Part shown: one piece after another, positions 53,534 to 63,724 of the stretch
Layout: each line of letters starts with the position of its first letter
How positions within the stretch are numbered: the stretch's first letter is position 1
From: Ktedonobacterales bacterium
GTDB lineage: Bacteria > Chloroflexota > Ktedonobacteria > Ktedonobacterales > JADMIN01
NCBI GenBank assembly: GCA_035763125.1
Contig: DASUBU010000211.1
Location: 2,134 to 66,133 of the forward strand
Length of the DNA stretch: 64,000 nt
Direction of reading: 5' to 3'
Position numbers and translations under genes: made by a program
Notes under the pieces: model-generated
Told to the model about the DNA's origin: nothing
The model's database searches: none
The model's input: only the letters and a program-made list of their open reading frames with translations

Positions 53534-54140
53534 GGCTGGTAGCAGCGAGATATCCATCAGGCGACCAAGAGCCTCGCACGAAGGCGTGACGCGCTCCTCG
53601 TGGACACTCTTGTCCAGGGGGAGCGCGTCAATTCTTGTGTCGGTGTCATAGCTAGCTCTATTTATACGCAGGCGCAGATGTGAGCAGGTGTGCCTCAGCG
53701 AGCCATTGACACCGCAGCCACTATCGGCGTATTGTCCTTGTGGACTCATCTTGCCGTGGCGCGTGAGGCGGGGCGGTACGATTGCCCGTTGAAGGGAAAC
53801 TGGACGCTGGAGCGCGCCAGTCGAGCATACCGACGTTGGGTGAAGTGTCTTCGTGGGCGCCCAGGGAAGAGGGCGCGTCGGCAGGTAGCTCGTACTTTGG
53901 ACCGGCGTGAGGGATCACTCGCGCCGAGAGATGGGCATGGCCGGCGGCACAGTGGCGCTGAAGAGCCGCGCCAGCCAGCCGGCACATGCCGTTGGGCACG
54001 TTCTGCGGCCCAGGATGTCCTCCCAGATAGGCCCACACGGTACTCGGCGAGGCCTGGTTGCGTTCGCGCGAGGCTTCGCGAGGTGATGGTGGCGCTCAGC
54101 ACATACTGGACGCCGGTCGAGTTGCCCCGAGGTACAGATC

Positions 54141-56261
54141 ATGGATGCTGAGGAAGTCGCGCTGATCACCGCTGCCGTAGAGTCGTCCACCAGCCAGGAG
54201 CGGCTCCATATTCTGGTAGTTGAGAACGACGAGGCCAATCGCCTGGCTGTGCGGCGTTCGTTGCGGCGCTCTGATGTCGTAGCGGCGGTGGACGAGGCCG
54301 CTTCGGCGGGCGAGGCGCTGGAATGCGTAGACTCCGCAGTCTACGATTGCGTGCTTCTCGACTACCACATCTCCGGCACTGACGGCCTCGCGCTGCTGCG
54401 CGCGATCCGCGACAGCGCCCCCGAAACACCCGTCGTGATGGTCACCACACGTGGCGACGAGAAGGTTGCCGCCGAACTGATGAAAGCCGGGGCAGCGGAC
54501 TATCTACCCAGGACGTCGCTGACACCCCCGCGGGTCGCCTCCACCCTGCGGCATGTGTTGGCGCTCGCGCGCATGGCAGCGGAGCGGCGGCGGGCGAAGG
54601 ACGAGCTGCGCGCGCAGCGGGAGCGCATTCGTCGCGCGCTGCAGATTGAGACCGTGGGCATCGTGTTCTCTACCATGGATGGTCAGATCGCCGACGCCAA
54701 CGATGCCTTTCTGCGTATGACCGGCTGTAGCCGTGACGATCTGGCCGCGGGGCGCGTGCGATGGGATGAGCTGACGGCGCCAGAGGGGATCCCGCGGGCG
54801 TTCGAGACCATCGAGGAGCTGCGGACAACCGGCCGGGTGACGCCCTACGAGCGGGAATACGTTCGCGGAGATGGAACGCGCTGGTGGGGGCTGTACGCTG
54901 CAACGCGGCTTGCAGACAACCGGAGCGTGGGGTTTGTCCTCGATATCACCGCCCGCAAGCGCACGGAGATGGAGCGCGAGCGCCTGCTGGAGCGCGAGCA
55001 GGTGGCCCATGCAGCCGCCGAGCGGGCGACCGAGCGCATCGCTGCTCTTCAGTCCGTGACCGTGGCCCTGGCCCAGGCCGGCAGCCCAGCGGATGTCGGC
55101 GCGGTCGTTACCGGGCAGGCGATCACGGCGCTGGGAGCCGCTGCTGGGGCGATGTTCCTCGTGGATGCGAACGCCGACGCGCTGGAGGTCGCGCACATCG
55201 TCGGCTACACCGATGAGGTACGCGAGGCGTTCCGGCGTGTTCCCCTCTCCGCTCGCGGTCCCCTCACCGACGCGATTCGCGCTGAAGAGTCTGCTTTCTA
55301 CGGCACACGTGAGGCTTTGCTGGGCGCCTATCCGGACCTGGCCGCATATGTGGCTGCTGAGAGCCACATCAGCCACGCGATTATGCCGATGATCCTCGAC
55401 CGCCGGGCGCTCGGCGCGCTCCGGCTCAGCTTCGCCGAACCGCGGGCATTTGCCTCGCAGGACCAGGCATTCATGGTGGCGCTGGCGCAACAGTGCGCGC
55501 AGGCGCTGGAGCGGGCGCGCCTCTTCGCGGCGGAGCAGGCGGCACGGGCAGAGGCCGAGGCGGCTGTGCAGGCCCGCGACAACTTCGTCACGATCATCTC
55601 GCACGATCTGCGCAATCCAATGACGGCCATTCAGTCTCAGATGGACCTGTTGCGGCGCCGCGCCACGCAAGGCGTTGCCCCCACCGCCAAACGGCTCGTG
55701 ACCTGGCTGTTGATGGTCGGAAAGAGCGTCAAGCGCCTCTCGGCGCAGATTGACGAGCTGCACGACGCAACGCGCATGCAGGCCGGCCGGGCACTCGATC
55801 TGCAGCGCCACCCCACGGACCTGGTGGCGCTCGCTCGTGAGGCTGCCACGCAGTATCGGCACTTATCGGAGGCGCATCGGATACGCATTGAGACGGCTGT
55901 GCCCTCGCTCATCGGTATCTGGGATGCCAGTCGCTTGGAGCGTGTCCTCGTCAACCTGCTATCCAACGCGATTAAGTACAGTCCCGCTGGCGGTCTCATC
56001 AGCGTCAAAGTGACTCACGATGGCGACTGGGGCATCCTGTCGGTCAAAGACCGCGGCATCGGCGTCCCCGCACAGGATACCGAGCGCATCTTCCAGCGCT
56101 ACGAGCGCGCCAGCAACGTGACGAACGCGATCCCAGGGGCCGGGCTAGGACTGGCAGGCGCGCGAGATATCATCGCCTTGCACGGAGGGAGCATCGCAGT
56201 GCAGAGCGAGGAAGGCGTGGGAACCACCTTTGTCGTGCGCCTGCCCATGACGATCGAGTAG
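54141..56261 (+). CDS. Hybrid sensor: N-terminal receiver (REC) + PAS + GAF + HisKA/HATPase histidine kinase
   Basis: REC ILVVENDEANR...DCVLLDYHISGTDGLALL, PAS-like IADANDAFLRMTGCSRDDL, H-box FVTIISHDLRNPMTAI, N-box NLLSNAIKYSP, G-box GAGLGLAGARD. Confidence 0.85.
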   Translation: MDAEEVALITAAVESSTSQERLHILVVENDEANRLAVRRSLRRSDVVAAVDEAASAGEALECVDSAVYDCVLLDYHISGTDGLALLRAIRDSAPETPVVMVTTRGDEKVAAELMKAGAADYLPRTSLTPPRVASTLRHVLALARMAAERRRAKDELRAQRERIRRALQIETVGIVFSTMDGQIADANDAFLRMTGCSRDDLAAGRVRWDELTAPEGIPRAFETIEELRTTGRVTPYEREYVRGDGTRWWGLYAATRLADNRSVGFVLDITARKRTEMERERLLEREQVAHAAAERATERIAALQSVTVALAQAGSPADVGAVVTGQAITALGAAAGAMFLVDANADALEVAHIVGYTDEVREAFRRVPLSARGPLTDAIRAEESAFYGTREALLGAYPDLAAYVAAESHISHAIMPMILDRRALGALRLSFAEPRAFASQDQAFMVALAQQCAQALERARLFAAEQAARAEAEAAVQARDNFVTIISHDLRNPMTAIQSQMDLLRRRATQGVAPTAKRLVTWLLMVGKSVKRLSAQIDELHDATRMQAGRALDLQRHPTDLVALAREAATQYRHLSEAHRIRIETAVPSLIGIWDASRLERVLVNLLSNAIKYSPAGGLISVKVTHDGDWGILSVKDRGIGVPAQDTERIFQRYERASNVTNAIPGAGLGLAGARDIIALHGGSIAVQSEEGVGTTFVVRLPMTIE

Positions 56262-56303
56262 TCTCGGATTGGCCCCAGCCAGACCCGAGACGGCGGGAGA
56301 ACG

Positions 56304-57368
56304 CTAGATCACTTCACGCAGCGACTGCCCGGCGGTGGCGGTGCGCAGCTTGGCCAGCGCCACCATTTCGAGCTGCCGCACCCGCTCGCGCGAGATGCCC
56401 AGCTCCTTGCCCACCTCCAGCAGGGTCCGACTGCGCCCATCGCCGATGCCATAGCGCAGGATGACCACCGAGCGCTCGCGCGGTGTGAGCTGGTTCAGCG
56501 CGCGATGCAGCTCTTCGCCCAGCAGATGTCGCGAGGCGATATCGGCCGGCGCCTGGATGCCGGGATCTTCGAGGGTGTCGGAGAGCGAGAGGCGATTGTC
56601 GGTGTCGGCCGGCGCGTCGAGCGAGACAGGCTGCTCCGTCACGTGCAGCAGGTCGTCCACCTCTTCGGACGGCATGCCGGCGGCCTCGGCGATCTGCTCG
56701 GTCAGCGGATCGCCGCCGTTCTCCTGTGAGAGCTGGCTGGCGATGCGGCGCACCTTGCGCAGGCGCGTTGCCACATGCTCCGGCAGGTGAATCAAGCGCG
56801 ACTGCTCGCCCGCCGCGCGGCTGATCGCCTGGCGAATCCACCACGTCGCGTAGGTGCCGAAGTGGCAGCCACGGCGCCAGTCGAACTTCTCGGCGGCGCG
56901 CATCAGGCCCAGATTGCCTTCCTGGATCAGATCAATCAGCGGCACGCCCGAGTTCGTGTAGCGCCGCGCGATGGAGATGACCAAACGCAGATTGGCCTCG
57001 ATCAGCCGCCGCCGCGCCCTGGTGTCGCCAGCTTGCCCGCGCTTGGCGAGGATGATCTCCTCTTCATGTGAGAGCAGCGAGAGCCCACGGATATCATGCA
57101 GATAGCTCTGGAAGGCGTCCTCGGTGCCATCGGCGCCGCCGTAGAAACCCGCACCCTTGCCGTACAGCGCGTCCTCTTCCTCCGCACTCAGCTCAGCCAG
57201 CTCCGCATCGGTCGGCTCGACCTCTTCGGCGGCCGCGGTTGACGCCGGAGCCACAGCGAGCGTGTCCGCACCTTGCGCACCAGGGGTGGCCGGGGCAGAG
57301 GTAGCAGCGAACACTTGCCGCAAAAGCCGCTCGGCGGTGGTGTCGTGCTCTGATCGCGTTGCAGCCAT
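56304..57368 (-). CDS. Sigma-70-family RNA polymerase sigma factor (RpoD-like, regions 1.2 to 4)
   Basis: YLHDIRGLSLLSHEEE, RRLIEANLRLVISIARRY, DLIQEGNLGLMRAAEKFDWRRG.HFGTYATWWIRQAI, TLLEVGKELGISRERVRQLE. ATG at 57368 preceded by GGGAGGAGG. Confidence 0.85.
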   Translation of the reverse strand: MAATRSEHDTTAERLLRQVFAATSAPATPGAQGADTLAVAPASTAAAEEVEPTDAELAELSAEEEDALYGKGAGFYGGADGTEDAFQSYLHDIRGLSLLSHEEEIILAKRGQAGDTRARRRLIEANLRLVISIARRYTNSGVPLIDLIQEGNLGLMRAAEKFDWRRGCHFGTYATWWIRQAISRAAGEQSRLIHLPEHVATRLRKVRRIASQLSQENGGDPLTEQIAEAAGMPSEEVDDLLHVTEQPVSLDAPADTDNRLSLSDTLEDPGIQAPADIASRHLLGEELHRALNQLTPRERSVVILRYGIGDGRSRTLLEVGKELGISRERVRQLEMVALAKLRTATAGQSLREVI

Positions 57369-57738
57369 GTCGCGCAGTCCTCCTCCCGAATCTCGCAGTG
57401 GACCCGGGCTTTGTGGCATCGCCCGCTCTGGCATCACCTGGCGCGCGTTCGCGCACCTGCACAGATTTTGTTCATTCTCGCCGGTAGTATACACGGCTGC
57501 CTCAATCAATCGCTATCAGGTATTCACCTGACTTTTCAGCCGTCTTTGCTGTACTCTCTCTGACGGTTTGTGGTTGTCCCCTTTTACATGCTTCACTTTC
57601 TGAATGATGATTTTCCTGCGGCATGAGACCCCGTCGCTACGGCACGTCGTCTCCGCCAGGCACATCTCATCCGCTCACTCTTCTCTACGTCCGCCTACGC
57701 GCGCGGTTACGCATACGCCCCTCCATGGGCGCGTCCGT

Positions 57739-57757
57739 CTGTACACAGTTTGTACAG
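57739..57757. promoter_or_regulatory. Perfect inverted repeat CTGTACA-N5-TGTACAG in the long sigma-factor/kinase intergenic region
   Basis: ctgtacacagtttgtacag read directly. The function is unknown. Confidence 0.25.
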
Positions 57758-58330
57758 ATCGGCGCGCGGCACGCGCCGGCTGGCCCGCGACGATTGGGGG
57801 AGATTCAGCGTGTTTCGCCGGTGCCGGCAGCCGCGCCCCGGCACAAACCCCGGACAAACGTCCGATTTCGGCCGGCGAGCGTCGTACCCGCCCGACGGTC
57901 CGGCGACAAGCACCGAAAGTCAATTACGTCGTCCGGCACACGAATCTCACACCTCGCGTGCGTCGCATCTCCGCGGCGAGCGCCGTCCTTCCTATCGGGT
58001 TCCACAGCGCTCGCCCCCAGAGTGGGCACACGTCGCATCCCAGCGTGATAATCACATTCCCCCGCAAGTCTCGCGCCATTACGGCTGGTCGCTGGCCGTG
58101 CATGCACCTCCTGTCACGTTGGCCTGCGCGTGATCTCTTGCCCGCGCCGAATATGACGATGGTCACGCTGGACTGTCTGGCGAGCCAGCGCGGCGTGGGC
58201 GTGGAGCATGACGAACGACACAAGCGGCGGCGTGGGCAGAGCATCTATAATGAAGGCGGCACCGCGGCGGGCATGGCGCGCTTCGCCGCTGCTCGGTCCC
58301 ACATCTGTATCTGCACGGGAGAGGCATCCG

Positions 58331-59698
58331 ATGGCACGTAACGTCCTCTGGTCATGGCGGCCGCGGATCGCGCGACGTCCCGACGTGTTGTGCGCGCCGG
58401 TGGCAGCCGATGCACCCCGCTCCGGCTGGCATCTGGAGAATCTCTCAGGCGGCCGGATCAGCAGGTTGATGGATGTCAGCATCTACTTCACAGTCGCCGC
58501 CGGCTACCTCATCGCCGTTGTCCAGGCGACTGAGGTCACGCTGCCTGGGTTCCTTCTGCTAACCGGCGCCAATATCGCCTGGCTTGCCGTCTTCCAATTG
58601 ATGAGTCCCCGGGCCAACAGTCCCCGAACGCTGAGGCTCTACGCGATGAGCCTGGTGGCATGCGCGCTGCTCGCGCTGGGCGCGCTCTGGCTGGGCGGCT
58701 ACTACGATTGGATGCTGCCGGTGATCACCGTCTCGGGCGTCGCGAGCATGTTCCCGCCACGCTCCGCGCTGCTGTACGCCTCGGTGAATCTCGTTGCCGC
58801 GTTCGCTACCCTGGGGCTGCGCTATGACTTTGGCACCCTGCAAGAGGCGGTCACGCTGTTGCCCGCGTTCGTCTTCGCCTTCCTCTTCCCGTTCGTCATC
58901 CGCTGGCACGTCCAGCAGACCGAGCGCGCCGAGGCACTGGTCGCCCAGCTCGAGGAGGCACAAGAGCAGCTCCGCACGTACGCCAGCCAGGTCGAAGAGC
59001 TGACCGCCGATCGCGAGCGCAATCGCATTGCCCGCGAGATCCACGACACGCTCGGCCACTACCTCACCATCCTCGCGGTCGAGCTGGAGACCGCCCTCAA
59101 GCTCTACGACCGGGCGGACCCGCGTTTGCGCGACGAGCTGGTGGAGGCGCGGCGCGCCGCCGCCGAATGTCTGGGTGAGGTGCGCCGGTCGGTTGCGGCG
59201 CTGCGGCCCAACGATCCCACCGCGCGCTCCTTCGAGCAGGCGCTCGCCCGCCTGGCCGCCGAGTTCGAGGCCGTCGCGCCCGAAACGCAGATCGTCCTCG
59301 ACGCCGAAGGGCCGTTGCAGGAGCTGCCGGCGGAGCTGCGCGTCGCGCTCTATCGCTGTGTGCAGGAGGCGCTCACCAACGTCCGCAAGCACGCCGCCGC
59401 CAGCAAGGTGCTCGCGCGCCTGCGGGTGGACGACTGCCACGCCGAGCTGACGGTGCTCGACAATGGCGCGGGCGCTGCGTCGGGCGCCGACGGCCACGAG
59501 CCAGGCTTCGGCCTGCTGGGCATGCGCGAGCGGATCGCGTTGCTCGGGGGCACCGCCATGGCGCAGCCTGATCCTGGCCGCGGCTGGCGCGTGGAGGTAC
59601 GTGTGCCCGTCACCTGTCCGCTTGATGTGCCGCGCACGCCCATGCCAGCCCTTGTGGCATCTGCCCCGCGCGCCCTACCAGCAGCGGAGGATGGATAG
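58331..59698 (+). CDS. Membrane sensor histidine kinase, HisKA_3 (NarL-partner) type
   Basis: H-box RNRIAREIHDTLGHYLT. N-terminal TM helices. C-terminal HATPase. ATG at 58331 preceded by GGGAGAGG. Confidence 0.8.
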   Translation: MARNVLWSWRPRIARRPDVLCAPVAADAPRSGWHLENLSGGRISRLMDVSIYFTVAAGYLIAVVQATEVTLPGFLLLTGANIAWLAVFQLMSPRANSPRTLRLYAMSLVACALLALGALWLGGYYDWMLPVITVSGVASMFPPRSALLYASVNLVAAFATLGLRYDFGTLQEAVTLLPAFVFAFLFPFVIRWHVQQTERAEALVAQLEEAQEQLRTYASQVEELTADRERNRIAREIHDTLGHYLTILAVELETALKLYDRADPRLRDELVEARRAAAECLGEVRRSVAALRPNDPTARSFEQALARLAAEFEAVAPETQIVLDAEGPLQELPAELRVALYRCVQEALTNVRKHAAASKVLARLRVDDCHAELTVLDNGAGAASGADGHEPGFGLLGMRERIALLGGTAMAQPDPGRGWRVEVRVPVTCPLDVPRTPMPALVASAPRALPAAEDG

Positions 59699-59701
59699 GC
59701 C

Positions 59702-60418
59702 ATGAGCACAAGTGCCAACGAACACATTCGCGTGCTGCTGGTGGACGACCAAACGTTGCTGCGCGAGAGCTTCCACCGCCTGCTCGATCTCGAAGGCGGC
59801 GATATTCACGTCGTCGGCTCGGCTGGCGACGGACTGGAGGCTCTGGCGCTGGTGGAGCAGCTTGCGCGCGAGGGGCGCGCGCCGGACGTCGTGTTGATGG
59901 ACGTGCGGATGCCGCGGTTGGATGGCGTGCAGACCACGCGCCAGCTCCTCGCGCGCTTCCCCCGCACGCGCGTGATGATGCTGACCACCTTCGACGACGA
60001 GGAGTACATCGTCGAGGGGCTGCGCGCTGGCGCCACCGGCTATCTGCTCAAAGACGCCTCCTCCGAGCAGCTCGTCGAGGCCATCCGCGCGGTGCACCGG
60101 GGCGAGGCTCCGCTGCAGCCCTCCGTCGCCGCCAAGCTCGTCGCCCGCCTGGCCCGTGTGTCCGACGCGCCGCCCGCGCCCACAGCAGCATCCGCAGCGG
60201 CGGCGCCCGCATCCGGCCTGCCCGGCACCGAGCTGACCGAGCGCGAGCGCGAGATCCTGGCGCTGATTGCGCGCGGCGAGAGCAACCGCGAGATCGGCGA
60301 GGCGCTCTACATCACCGAAGGCACTGTCAAGAACCACGTCTCGAACATCCTCAGCAAGCTCGGTCTGCGCGACCGCACCCAGGCCGCCCTCTGGGCCCGC
60401 GGGCGCGGCCTAGCTTGA
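59702..60418 (+). CDS. NarL/FixJ (LuxR-type HTH) response regulator
   Basis: IRVLLVDDQTLLRE...DVVLMDVRMPRLDG. C-terminus LTEREREILALIARGESNREIGEALYITEGTVKNHVSNILSKLG. Confidence 0.9.
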   Translation: MSTSANEHIRVLLVDDQTLLRESFHRLLDLEGGDIHVVGSAGDGLEALALVEQLAREGRAPDVVLMDVRMPRLDGVQTTRQLLARFPRTRVMMLTTFDDEEYIVEGLRAGATGYLLKDASSEQLVEAIRAVHRGEAPLQPSVAAKLVARLARVSDAPPAPTAASAAAAPASGLPGTELTEREREILALIARGESNREIGEALYITEGTVKNHVSNILSKLGLRDRTQAALWARGRGLA

Positions 60419-60560
60419 AGAGCTGACAGCGTCAGCGGTCGGGAACGTGGCCACAGGCAGGGTTGGCGCAGACCATCTCGACGCCAGTTTCGCCCCGCTT
60501 GCACAGCAGTGTTACTCTGCCTGCGTGTTTTAGCTCAAACGCAGAGAGGCGGGAGGGCCA

Positions 60561-60929
60561 ATGGCGGATGTACTCACCTTCGCCTTGGATCTGCTCATCT
60601 TCGTCGTCCCGGTTGCCATCATTGCCCTGGCTTGTTACGGTTCGCGCGTAGTCAGGCTGGCTCCGAACCCAGAGACGTGGAGCCGCCTCGTCCGGAACGC
60701 TTGGGGTGCGGCCCTGTGCATCTTGATACTCCCATCCCTGATATTCTCGCCGCAGCATCGCGTGAGCTTCGCCCTGCACGACCTAACAACCACGTTTGGG
60801 TTGTGCGCTCTGGCGAGCCTTGCCCTAGCAGGGCTTTACGGCCTCGCTCGTAGCGTATGGCAATGTCGGAGGGAGGTTGTTCGCGTGCAGCAGAGCGCGG
60901 ACATCGCGCCATCAGACTCCCACCCCTAG
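60561..60929 (+). CDS. Hypothetical membrane protein (3 to 4 TM) downstream of the two-component pair
   Basis: GGGAGGG RBS. Hydrophobic segments LLIFVVPVAIIALACY and AALCILILPSLIF. Lies in an AT-richer stretch. Confidence 0.45.
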   Translation: MADVLTFALDLLIFVVPVAIIALACYGSRVVRLAPNPETWSRLVRNAWGAALCILILPSLIFSPQHRVSFALHDLTTTFGLCALASLALAGLYGLARSVWQCRREVVRVQQSADIAPSDSHP

Positions 60930-60989
60930 ATTGCTGATGCTCACCTCACGCAGACTCCGCCCGCATGAGGAAGTGGTCGAAGCGACACG

Positions 60990-62276
60990 CTACGTGCGCA
61001 GCCACAGCGAGACGTGCGCGGGCTGCATCGTGTCATCTACCACCCCCAGCAGATCGTCGCTGAGTCGCTCCAGGTCCACCTCGTTGCGCAACGCGGTGCT
61101 AAATGCCGCCAGGGTCTTGGCGGTGTCGTACTTGCGCCGGTAGAAGCGCCGATCAATCGTCGCCTGGATGCGGCGGCGCAACGGCTGGAAGAGCGCGGCG
61201 ATCAGCAGCGTCGAGAGCACGACGGCCAGCGGCTGCTGCGATGCCTGTCCCCCAATGAGCGCATGGGCGATCTGCTGCAGGGTGATCACGGTGGCGAAGT
61301 ACACGGCCGCCAGCAGCGCCGTCAGCGAGCCGTAGACCAGGGTGCGATTGATGAGGATATCAATGTCGTAGAGGTGGTAGCGCAGCACGGCGATCGCGAT
61401 CGTGAAAGGCGCACATAACAAACAGGCTGTGGCAGCCGCCGCGGCGAGCACGATATAAAGCGGGCTGAGCGACGGAAAGATCAGCCCGGGAAAGAGGATG
61501 GCGGCGGTTGCCAGGGTGCCAACCGCAAAGCCGAAGACCACCCACTTGGTCTGCACGCGCTGGATGGGTCCTGACACACGCCGATAGCGATAGACCTGGG
61601 CCGCTGCCGCACCCACCATCACCACAGACCATCCAAGTATCGCCGGCATGGGGTAGCGTGTCTGCTGCGGCGTGGCGTTGAGCACATAGACGGCATGGAG
61701 CGTGTCCACCGCGAGGTCGCCCACGACAATCAGCCAGGCCCACCGCGGTACGAAGCGTCCGTCGGGAAAGAGCGTGGCCACGAGGAAGGCGGCCACGAAC
61801 GTGAGCTTATTGATGAGGAGTGCCGGCACCTGCCACGGCGAGGGGCTCGCCTCCACCGTCTCGGTGACCAAGACGGTGCCTGTCATGACGAGCAGCACGG
61901 CAACCAGCAGCGCCATCCAGTCATCGGACTTGCGCCACACCAGCACAGCGCCAACCGTGGTGCAGACCACTGCGAAACAGACAGCGAGCGCCGTGCAGTA
62001 GACGGCGTAACCGCCGAGGGTGAAGCCGAGCTGGTCCATTAGCGCTTGCGCCTGCGCGGGTGAGACCTGCCAGAATGCGCAGGTAGTGCCGATGCAGGTG
62101 GTCTGGAGCTGCGCGTTGTATTCCGGCAGGCTGCCGGCGAAGATGCCCAGGGTGAGCAGGATCAAGCCCGCACACGCGCCGCCCGCGAGGCCTCTGTGCC
62201 ACCCGCGCAGACGTGTGTCTCGCCCGCGAGTCGCGGCCAGCGCTATTGTCTGTTTTCCTGCGGCCGCTCCTCGCAT
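60990..62276 (-). CDS. Polytopic membrane protein resembling the N-terminal sensor module of histidine kinases, but lacking any kinase domain
   Basis: About 9 TM helices followed by [63 protein letters not shown] at 62276 preceded by ACGGAGG. Confidence 0.65.
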   Translation of the reverse strand: MRGAAAGKQTIALAATRGRDTRLRGWHRGLAGGACAGLILLTLGIFAGSLPEYNAQLQTTCIGTTCAFWQVSPAQAQALMDQLGFTLGGYAVYCTALAVCFAVVCTTVGAVLVWRKSDDWMALLVAVLLVMTGTVLVTETVEASPSPWQVPALLINKLTFVAAFLVATLFPDGRFVPRWAWLIVVGDLAVDTLHAVYVLNATPQQTRYPMPAILGWSVVMVGAAAAQVYRYRRVSGPIQRVQTKWVVFGFAVGTLATAAILFPGLIFPSLSPLYIVLAAAAATACLLCAPFTIAIAVLRYHLYDIDILINRTLVYGSLTALLAAVYFATVITLQQIAHALIGGQASQQPLAVVLSTLLIAALFQPLRRRIQATIDRRFYRRKYDTAKTLAAFSTALRNEVDLERLSDDLLGVVDDTMQPAHVSLWLRT

Positions 62277-62617
62277 CGCCAGCCTCCGTCATCGGCGCCT
62301 CTCTGATACGTCCTCAGGCGTGTCCCGAGCGGCCTGCCGTGAGTATACGCCAGGGTGTCCCAGTGCGCAGTGAGCCTGACTGTACTCAGGATAGCCGCAC
62401 GGCGTCCGGCAAGCGTTACGGGTGCCGTTACGGCGCGGTGAAGATCTGCCGCGTGCCCCGCTCGCACGCGTGTCGTACACTCTACATCGGCGGATCGGCG
62501 CGGCTCTCGCCGCTCTCTTCCGCCGCGCGGCGGCGATCTCCCCCTGTCCCACGCGCGATCTCTGGTACGATGCCGTCCCCCGCCGCGCCCCAGCCGCACG
62601 CAAAGGAGCGAGCGCCC

Positions 62618-63625
62618 ATGGGTAAGCCCAAGGTCTTCGTCAGCCGCATCATCCCCGACCAGGGCCTCTCCCTGATCACCGATCTGTGCGACGCCACCGT
62701 CTGGCAGGATGAGCTGCCGCCCCCGCGCGAGGTGCTGCTGCGCGAGACGCACGATTGCGACGGCCTGGTGAGCCTGCTGACCGATACGATTGATCCCGCC
62801 TTTATGGATGCCTGCCCGAAGCTGCGGGTGGTGAGCAATATGGCCGTCGGCTTCGACAACATTGATGTGCCGGCCGCCAGCGAGCGCGGGGTCCTGGCTG
62901 GCAACACGCCCGGCGTGCTCACCGAGACCACCGCCGACTTCGCCTTCGCCCTCTTGATGGCCGCCGCCCGCCGCATCCCCGAAGGCATTGACTACGTGCG
63001 CCACGGCCACTGGAAGACCTGGGGGCCGATGCTGCTGATGGGCGCCGACGTTCACCACGCCACGCTCGGCCTGGTTGGGCTGGGCCGCATCGGCGCCGAG
63101 ATGGCCAAGCGCGCCCGCGGCTTCGACATGCGCGTGCTCTACTATGACGTGTTCCGCCGCGAAGACCTGGAGCAGAGCCTCGATCTGGAATACCGCTCGC
63201 TCGACGAGGTACTCGCCGCCAGCGATTTCGTCAGCGTTCACACGCCGCTCACCCCCGAGACGCATCATCTGATGAACGGCGAGCGGCTGCGCAAGATGAA
63301 GTCCGGCGCGATCCTGATCAATACCTCGCGCGGCCCAGTGGTGGAGACCGACGCGCTGGTGGAGGCGCTCAAGAGCGGCCACCTGGCCGGCGCCGCGCTG
63401 GACGTGACCGAGCCGGAGCCGCTGCCCGCCGACCATCCGCTGGTTGGCATGCCCAATTGCATCGTCGTGCCCCACATTGCCAGCGCCAGCGCCGCCACGC
63501 GCGGCAAGATGGCCGAGATCGCGGCACGCAATCTGCTCGCCGGGTTGAACGGCCAGCCGCTGCCCAACGGACTCAACAATGATGCCCTCGGCCACGGCCG
63601 CAACGCCCTGCCACGCGATTGGTAG
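62618..63625 (+). CDS. D-isomer-specific 2-hydroxyacid dehydrogenase (glyoxylate/hydroxypyruvate reductase-like)
   Basis: [32 protein letters not shown], and [14 protein letters not shown]......[12 protein letters not shown] at 62618 preceded by AAAGGAG. Confidence 0.85.
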   Translation: MGKPKVFVSRIIPDQGLSLITDLCDATVWQDELPPPREVLLRETHDCDGLVSLLTDTIDPAFMDACPKLRVVSNMAVGFDNIDVPAASERGVLAGNTPGVLTETTADFAFALLMAAARRIPEGIDYVRHGHWKTWGPMLLMGADVHHATLGLVGLGRIGAEMAKRARGFDMRVLYYDVFRREDLEQSLDLEYRSLDEVLAASDFVSVHTPLTPETHHLMNGERLRKMKSGAILINTSRGPVVETDALVEALKSGHLAGAALDVTEPEPLPADHPLVGMPNCIVVPHIASASAATRGKMAEIAARNLLAGLNGQPLPNGLNNDALGHGRNALPRDW

Positions 63626-63724
63626 GCAGCGCGCCACGCCCGCGAACAGCAGAGGCACGTAGGGGCGGCGTGTGGCGCACGCCCTGGCCGGGGGTGAGGA
63701 CCCCAAGAAATTCGGGAGAGCTGT

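Noticed and set aside
53721-54238. Overlapping 100- to 118-aa minus-strand ORFs in the gap upstream of the hybrid kinase, considered as a frameshifted pseudogene
   Set aside because: None of the three frames yields any motif I can recognise, and all are Arg/Pro/Ala/Ser-rich. This is insufficient evidence to call a pseudogene.
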